Shown here piece after piece: positions 14,501-23,500 of a DNA stretch of 64,000 bases; within the stretch, counting starts at the first letter, position 1, and the number at the start of each line of letters is the position of its first letter. The stretch is from Bugula neritina. Its lineage: Eukaryota > Animalia > Bryozoa. The DNA is taken from assembly GCA_964035545.1 (NCBI GenBank), contig OZ037770.1:2636662-2700661 (forward strand). The letters run 5' to 3'. The position numbers and the translations under genes are program-made. Below the pieces are notes generated by a model. The model was not told the origin of the DNA and did not search any database. It saw only the letters and a program-made list of their open reading frames with translations.

Positions 14501-17500
14501 AACATTTTCGAACTCTACTACCTCAACCTCTTTTGTTCTGCACTAAGTTACATTCAACCCACAAGTTTATCACAATATTTAAATAAACTTGGATCAATTG
14601 TTTGCTATTTAGCACATGAATAAGTTCCTTTGGTCCGCATTAACTTATTAATTTTGCATATTCTATAGCTATTTCTTAGTGTCTGAAAAAAAAATTTTTT
14701 TTAATAAGTTTTCATTAAAAATAATGTCTTTTATTAATGTATTACCGTTTTTTGCCCCACAAAAATGGGGGGGGGGAAAGTGGGCTATTATTCCAGGTAC
14801 TTTATATTAGCCATTATAGTTGTTAGCATATTAGCTATTTAGCAATCAATACACCGGTTATATACATTATTATGGTACCAAAAGAAAAAATAGCGTCTAA
14901 CTGGGAAACATCTATCTGAGATGAAACCTTTCATAGGAATCTATATAAGCCAATTGCCAAAATAACAGCATTCCAGTTATATCCTATAATTATCTGGTAT
15001 TTTGCTTCAAAATGACAGGAACTCACTGAATTTGCTTGCAATATTGCACACAATACCATCTTTTTAGTAATCAGTTCTACCCAAAACCTATCAACAATTT
15101 GTCTCTGGGGGAACTGGCATGGTGAACACGTTACATGAAGTTATGGACCTATGATATAATGATCTTTGAAATTGGCTGAAATTTCTCGACAAAGTACTTC
15201 TTGACAATACTTCTATAAGCAGTAAGGATTCTACAGGTTCACAAAAAAGGAGGTATAAATATCATATTGCAGTTTTGGTTGTGTTGAATATTTTACTGTA
15301 ACATACAAGTTAACAAATGTTTTAAATGGTAAGTTTATTGTAAAACACAAACCTCTTAGGTAGAGTAGATAATTTGCAGTTTTGCATATTCAACTCTTTA
15401 AGTGATGTGAGTGATGACACAACTTCTGGTACTTCGTTGAGAGGATTCCTTCCTATGTCTAGTTTCTCCAACTGAGTCAGCTGACGTAAACTGTAATATA
15501 AAATATGTTAAATATGTATATAGTCTACCTCATCATAGTATTGTATAATGTATATAATGTGTTTAACCAGGTATACAACTACAAAAATATAGCAATAAAA
15601 TTACCGTAGCATATGGTACGAGCAAAGAAAAAGCACGAGGGTAATACTGTGATAATATATAATAAAAGACGCAGAACGTGTTCTATGATTTACTACACAG
15701 CTATATTATATACAGAGTATAATTACATGGGTTAAGATAACTACCATGTAGTTATGAAAGATTATAGAGCAACTATATTATAAATATTTTACTTCTTTAT
15801 AAATTTTTTATTCAACTTATCATAAAAATTGGCTACTTATTCTAAGTAAAGATATAAGAGGGTATAATTTTTCACCTATCCCAGCTTTGTTCTGTTCGGG
15901 TAGCTGGGATGATAGTGTATTCTAATGGATTAGAACTATTAATTACTCAGTAAATACTAGTAAACTACAAATGGCGGCTTATGATAGGTAGAAACTATTT
16001 TAACATAATTATATAACATACTGTACTCTGCTTGTGTAGTCAATAATATATAAACACATGCGTGCAATAAATTTATTACCACAAGACAGATTCAATGCAA
16101 ATGAAAAAGACTAATGAGCAGTTTTTAGTTACTGCATGCATACTGGTAAAATACAAATGGCTGCTCTATTATTGATTACAATTTCTTTTCTTGATACAGT
16201 ACGTATTACATAATGGCATACCCTAAACGCAATGTAATTTCTAGGATAGATTGAAGTATGATATGTATACTTTCAGAAAATCAATTTATGTTTTTAACAT
16301 AGTAGTATATATTGGCATAAATTATTACTACAATTGATGAATATATAAATATATAACCGAGTTGATTTTTCAAACAACACAAAATGTGTGACGCACAAAC
16401 CTCTCTGGCAGATTAGATAAGTCACAGTCCCACATTTTCAACTCTTTAAGTGATGTGAGTGATGACACAACTTCTGGTACTGTGTTGAGAGGATTGCCTC
16501 CTATGCTTAGTTTCTCCAACTGAGTCAGCTGACATAAACTGTAATATATAAAGTATGTGATACAAGATATGGTCAGCTACTGCTATATTCAAAGAATGGA
16601 CACTTAGCAAGCAACGATTCAATAAGCTTTAGATACTAGCTAAAGATACAAACAGTTCTATCCCAGATAGATGCTATTTGTTATTGTGGTACCATGATAA
16701 CATATATAACTGGTGTATTGATTGTTAAATAGCTGATATGCTTATAATAGCTATATAATAGCTATTATGAAGTATCTGGAATAATAGCCTACGTTTCATG
16801 GATTTGCGTGGGGAAAAAACAGTAATATATTAACAATAGACATTATTTTTAATGAATACTCATTAACTAAATATTTCCTCAAACAAAAATAAGTATAGAA
16901 TATGCAAAATTGATAAGTTAATGCAGATCAAAGGAGTTTGATTATAAATATAGCAGATAATCCATCCAAGTTTATTTAAATATACATTTATTTCAATAAT
17001 ATTCAAATAAATTGCACATAAAATATATATTGTACCAAAATAAATAAATAGCATCTAAGTGGGAAGCGTCTAAGTGGGATGACACCCTACAAACTGCTTC
17101 TTTAGTAATTACAAAGTCTTTGTTTGCATAAAAATAAATAATGCCGTACCTTAGAATTATATTGTTTTCAAGATATAGCAAGCTGTTGAATAATTTCAAA
17201 AAAATTATGTTTATATTTCAACTGCTATATAGTATAATAACAAAGACATACTTTAACACTGCTTGGTAAGATCTGTGAATTAATGAATGTTTGAAACAAT
17301 ACAAAACCTGTGACGCACAAACCTCTCAGGAAGATTAGATAATTTACATTTCCACATATTCAACTCTTTAAGTGATGTGAGTGATGACACAACTTCTGGT
17401 ACTGTGTTGATAGGATTGTCTCCTATGTATAGGTTCTCTAACTGAGTCAGCTGACATAAACTGTATTATAATGAAGTGTGTGATATATGCAATTTATTGT

Positions 17501-20500
17501 ATCATAACAATACATTCTGCAAAATTTGCGATGTACAATATTCAAGAACTAAATTCAATGCACAGGTAAAATTCTCCAGAATGTAATAACGTGGTAATAT
17601 TTTTATTAATTTGCAGCGTCTGAGACAGTTAATTACCCTGAATATCACGTGCATGATGTCATTAGAGCAGTTACAATTAAGAAATTATATTATATATAGA
17701 TATAATATATTTAGGAGGTTGTAGATATTGAGAGTGGAGAGAGCTTTACTTTAATTACACGCGGTTAACCTGTTAGTTTAGTATAGATGAGACCTCACTT
17801 CATATTGTTATGATTTTCAGAATTAGGGTTGATATGCAATCCGGAGAGTCTATTTATTTGCTAGAGAACTTCACCAGGATAAGTCGAATAAATACGAGTA
17901 TATTTTACACACAAGAATACATCACAAAAACTATACAAATACATTCAGCAAATCTACACATCTATATCATTCAGCACTCTATCTTCGACTAACTAACAGC
18001 GGGAAGACTAACTACTGCTACTAACTATCAGTGTCGCTAATTGGCTGTCCATTGTTCCGGGTCAATTACGTGACCCTATGCTATAGTAGTGGGGAAAATA
18101 ACATTTCCCCGTATTACGCTGCTGGTAGCTCCACAAGCCACCACACCGCCCCCACCAGCAGAAAGCTCTCTTTCTGATACAAAAAAAAATATTTTACAAT
18201 TAACCACATACATCAGTAGACCAAAAGAAAAAGACATAACATATATATATATATATATAGATACACAATAACAGACATAATCATTATAACGGCATGTCAC
18301 ATACAATTGGCTAGCTATAGAAAGAGGATACCGGCTAGCTGTAGTGTTGGACAAGAGGTCGAGCTGTCAAGCATTTACATGATAGTCTTGGGCCTCCAAG
18401 AGGGTGAGGCTTGCGGATCATTCCGGGCAGAAGAGCCAGAGTCAGTGTTTGGCAAGCCGATGTTTGGCTTGGCGGGCACGTAGCTTTCTTTTAATCCGGC
18501 CGACAGAGCCTTTTAACTGATAAAGACCCGTTGTGGTACTAAGTAGATCTGGGGCTAACTGGGTGAACTCAGCCTGCACGTGAAGGAGACGCTCCTCTAC
18601 AATGGCCAGGCGAGTAGGGTCTGGGGACGGCGTCCGCCTTCGACGAGGGGGGGAACCTGGAGATTGGGTCCGCCTGCTAGTTGAAGGGCGGGGAGACTTA
18701 CTCTTCTTCTTCAGGGTAGGCAAACTCTTCGGGGGTATACACAATCTGAGGGCGGTCGGACACCAATGGGGATTGTTGCCTGGCGTAATCTAACACATGT
18801 TGAAAGCCGGAGGTCAGGACGGCCAATAACATTGCCTTCTTCACTAAGGGTCGTATTAGAGTCAGGAATTCCGGGTAGAGCTTAGCATCTACTACGTAAT
18901 TCTCTTCGGGGAAACGGCCCGCCGCTCGGTGTCTAGTGACGGAATAGGGGTAGACATCATTATATCCGCAGGGGCAGACTGTGAGTAAGAAGTGGGCGTT
19001 GACATGTAGCCTCATGGAGCGGTGAGAGGCACACTCTTCGTCACAAATCTGGCACTGTTTCCTTCCTTTGGGTCCCCAGGCTGTCTCTATTTGCTTCTCC
19101 GTCTCCGGCGACACCCACCACCAGCGGCGGCGCAGTGGCTCAGGCCGGTTGCCATTGGTGTACTCCTCGTGATGCGGAGCGGGAGGTGCTCTATCCCGTA
19201 CCCTGGTTGTAACGGTCGAGTGTAACCTGAAAGAGTTTCAACAGCGTTAGTATAATACACTGCAGTGTTGTCGGCTTGGACAGCCTGGCAACTTCTCAGT
19301 CAGTTAACACTCGTAGAGATTTATGGTAGTGAGTAGTTGGATAGAACACGTATTGCAATGAGATTGTAAAATCTCTAAGTCAAACTGAATTCCTACCACA
19401 GTAGTTCACTAACCTATCTCCAGCTCAATTGACTCAGGTGAGTCGGAGCTGAGTGATGCAATCTAGTTTCCATATCAAGATATAGTTAACTCACCCCACG
19501 ATCCGTTGTCGTACGACATACTGAACTTGTGAAATGGTTTGAACTATTGACTAGGAACACGTCTGCTCTTGACTGCATCAGCATAAGAAAAGATCGAGCA
19601 ACGTGGTTGGGGTGGGTGACTAAGACTTTGCGCACCCAGCGGATGAATTTTGTTTCTAAATCCGCCGATACAAAAGTTGATATTTCCGTGGTGTTGACAA
19701 CTCCCACAATTGCTCGATACTTTTCCCGTACGGTTCCCCGCTAGACTTTCATACGCGCCGCTTTTAATGCAGTCACATACGAAGTCCTTTAAATATGATG
19801 GGGGTTGCCTCGTACGTTGTCCCCGCTCTAGGGGAGGTGACGCACTCGCCGGTGTACTAGTAGGGGCCTCTGGCGGCGTCTCTACTTCACTATTAGTGGT
19901 CACTTCTTCCTGTTCTCTGGATGGAGCCCCTCCCTCCGTGGGGGTTTGCACTTCCAGAACCGGCTCGGTCTCCGGAAGTGATGGAACCAGACTTGGCGCA
20001 GGCGGTGGCGGACGCGCTTCTGCAGGCAAAAGTGGTCGCTCATCCCTCACCAAATCTTCTGCCCGCGGAATGACCACTTTGTACTCAGGTCCATGCCGCC
20101 GTCGCCCGCGCATTGTTGTCTGCCTCCTGGGCTCCAACAACGGGGGGCTTCTCTCACTGCGTCAGGGCTAGCCCAATACGGCTTCAAGCGAGCCTCATTC
20201 TGGGTAGACACCTGTCCTGAGCGCTCAATCTTGTAGGTATGGGTGGGCATAGCCTCGAGTATTACGTAGGGTCCCACGAACTTAGGCTGTAACTTAGCCG
20301 CCTGTCCGCGACGCCTACGGTAATTGACCATCCACACCCGATCTCCTGTCTGGTAGAGGGGTGGTTCCTCGAAATCCTCATGCCCAACCTGCCACTGCTT
20401 TTCTTGCGGTATTTTGTGTGTGACCCTCATCCGTTCCACTAGTTCACTGGCATACTCGTGGACCGAGCAGTCTTGCTCTGGAACATGGTAGGTAAGATGG

Positions 20501-23500
20501 TCAGAGACACGAGTCTCTCTCCCGAGCATTGGGGTCTCACCAGTACTGGTGTGTGGGGTGCTACGGTATGCGCGCATGATTTGCGGCAACACCGTGTCCC
20601 ATTCCTACTGACTGCGTCCGAGGAGTAGACTCCGGAGCGCATCACCTAGCATCCTGTTATTGTGCTCCACCACCCCGTTACCTTGGGGATGGTAAGGGGT
20701 GGTCCTGCTCTGATTTACTCCCCAGAGGCGGCAAAGGTCGCTCATCAGTTGAGACTGAAACTGAGCGCCGTGATCAGAGTGTATCTGTTCGGGGAGCCCG
20801 AAGTAACAGAATACATGTTGGTCTAGCGCCCTGGCCACTGTCAGGGCTGACGCATCTGGGATAGCCAGAGCGTCTGCCCACCTCGTAAAGTGGTCGGTCA
20901 ATACTAAGATCCAACTATTGCTTCTGGGGGTTAGGGGCATGGGTCCGACCAGGTCGACAGCTACTACTTGCCACGGCCTTCCAGCATATAACCTCCGCTG
21001 TCTCGCTTCACTAGGGGGACGGCCATGCTTGCTGGCCTGGCAGATTTCACACTGTTTTACCCTGAGCCGGACATCTCGCCCCATTTTGGGCAAATACCAC
21101 CGGAGTTGTAATTTAGAGATCACTCTCATGACTCCTGCGTCAGCCTGTTTGTGAGTGTCCCAGATTAACTCAAAGCGTATGGCACTAGGGCAAACCACCC
21201 TCTTCTTCTCTGGGTGTCTGCCGTTGGCAGCTAGAGAAATGGTCAGCAGACCATCCTGCCCGATCCTCAGCGAGTCCCAACGCTGGCAGAATAGCCGAAA
21301 AGCGGCACATCCCTGCCGTATTTGCTCCTCGCTGGGTCGTCGCCGTTCCTTTTTGGCCCGATATATGTCTGCCACTCCCCCAGGCAGCTCTTCCTGGAGC
21401 TTCTTCAGCTCCCAGACATTATCGGCCGATACAGGATTTGCGCGGAGGTTTTGTACAACCTCCGGGGACTCGTCAACCTTCTGCTTGAGTTGACCCTAGT
21501 CCCAGTCAAACTGCGCTCCCTGGTGAGCCAGTGTCTCCAATTCACATCGCGGGGGACCTCCGTCCCTCCTCTCGATATTGAGACACTGTTTGCAACCTCC
21601 ATCAGGTCGGCGGCTCAAACCGTCCGCATTGCTGTGTCTCTTGCCCGGTCGATGTTCTATCCGGTACGAGAACTCAGCTAGGATTTCGAGCCACCGGGCG
21701 ACCTGACTGGAAGGCTCTGCTCTCTTGCACAACCAGATCAGAGAGGCATGATCCGTACGCAGCCGGAACTTTCTGCCGTATAGGTATGGTCTGAAGTGCT
21801 TCACTGACTTGATTACTGCCAACAGCTCCTTGTGGGTAGTGCAGTAATTTCGTTCAGTGGGTGAAAGAGACTTGCTGTAGTAGGCTACTACTACCTCCCA
21901 GCCTTCTTGCACTTGAGACAGCACAGCACCAACGTTCTGGTCAATGGTGTCAGTGTCGAGGTTGTACTCCAGAGTAGGATCTGGGTAGGCCAAGATGGGT
22001 GCCGTCAGTAGGCAACCTTTGAGGCGGTCGAACGCTCCTTATTCGACCGGGGTCCACTGCCACGTCACTCCCTTTGCGGTGAGCCGGTTCAACGGCTGTG
22101 CTATGCTCGCAAAGTCTGGTATGTATTGTCTGTAATACCCTATCAGCCCCAAGAAAGCCCGAAGTCCGGTCAATTCTTGGAGGGTGACCCAGTCTTCTAT
22201 CGCCCGTACCTTTTCAGGATCCGTTGCCACGCCGTTTCGACCGACAACGTGCTCCAGGTACTTGACCTCCGGCTGCAATAGAGCGCACTTGGAAGGTTTG
22301 AGCTTCAGACCAACACCTCGGAGTCTCTCGAAAACCTCCCGCAGAGGACTGAAATGTGTCTCGAAGTCTGGGGAGATCGCGATGACATCATCAAGGTAGA
22401 TCAGCAGTGTCTTCTAATGGAGCCCGCTGAGGACTTGCTCCATCAGCCTCTGGAAGGTGGCTGGGGCGGAAGTTAACCCGAAAGGCAGCACCTTCCACTT
22501 CCACAAACCATCCCGTGTGATAAACGCCGCCTTCTCCTGGGCGTCGGGACTCAGAGGAACTTGCCAGTAACCGCTCAACAAGTCTAACGTACTGAAGTAC
22601 TTGCTGCCGGCTAGGGCGTCCAATGACTCGTCAATACGAGGTAGAGGGTAGGCGTCCTGTATGGTTACGCTATTGAGCTTGCGGCAATCCACACAGAACC
22701 GCCAACTGCCGTCTTTCTTCCGGACAAGTACGACCGGCGAGCTTCACACACTGTGGGCGGGCTCGATGAGGCCGCGGTCCAGAAGATCCCGGACTTGTCA
22801 GCTAACCTCCTTTTCCTTCTCCGGCCCCAGCCTGCATGTGGGTTGCCGAATAGGGACCGTCCCTGCAGTCAGCGGTATTTCGTGTTTGACAGCTCCAGTC
22901 AGTCCCACGTCTTGATCTCCGCTGCTGAACACATCACCGTAGTCGCGTAGCAACTTCGCCATGGCTTGGCGTTCCTCGTTGCTTGCGCAGCCACCACAGG
23001 CTGTCTCATATAACTCCTGGATGTGTGTTGGGACCGCTCCTCGCCCCTGAGTAGGGCGTTGAGGGGGTGCCTTCGTCGCATCTCCCAGCGACGGGCCCGC
23101 GTCTTCTTCCTGGACAGAGTGGAACCGGCCCAGCATAGACCCAGCTGGGAGCTTGATGGGCTCAGTGAAGGGATTGACACATTGCACTAAGATCTCTCCT
23201 CGTTCAATCAGTTGGTTTAAACTGCTGGCGAGTTGGATCCTTTCGTGCGCACCTTCGACTACCCCGAGTCCAGAGATCCGGCTATTGTTCACCCTGCAGT
23301 GAATGGTAGCACGGGAGCGGCCTGGCACGATACAGTTTCGTACCAACTGCACGCCTCCCACCAAGGGGTGGCCGAACTTGTCGACGCATGCGAGTGCTCG
23401 CCCGGACATTGCCATCGCAGATTTACTAAAATCGATGTGACATCCGTGCCGTTTCAGGAATGGCATTCCAAGGATGGCGTCCTCCTTGAGCTGACTGACG

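Larger units (their letters stand above)
7570..14574 (+). mobile_element. Gypsy-1: full-length, decayed Ty3/Gypsy LTR retrotransposon, antisense in a ROCO intron
   Basis: LTRs 7570-8046 and 14109-14574 (TG...CA, roughly 95% identical); PBS TGGTGGCAGCGGTGGGATT (tRNA-Leu); purine-rich tract before the 3' LTR; TSD ATAA/ATAT. Gag CCHC ([14 protein letters not shown]), protease LLDTG, RT YLDD, RNase H, integrase ([18 protein letters not shown]). Several stops and frameshifts. Confidence 0.96.
7405..14928. mobile_element. MITE copy 1 (Mutator/hAT-like), split by the Gypsy-1 insertion
   Basis: TIRs gggtgccatcccagatagacgcttcccag / ctgggaaacatctatctgagatgaaacc; imperfect TSD tttcattg/tttcatag. Segments 7405-7569 and 14579-14928 align to the inverted copy at 16655-17087. 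Confidence 0.65.

Noticed and set aside
14935-15250. Possible decayed fourth LRR exon or transposase fragment
   Set aside because: No match to the 138-nt cassette and no recognisable reading frame.
18630-18700. Hepadnavirus core-like [11 protein letters not shown] motif
   Set aside because: Short low-complexity similarity with no other hepadnaviral features.
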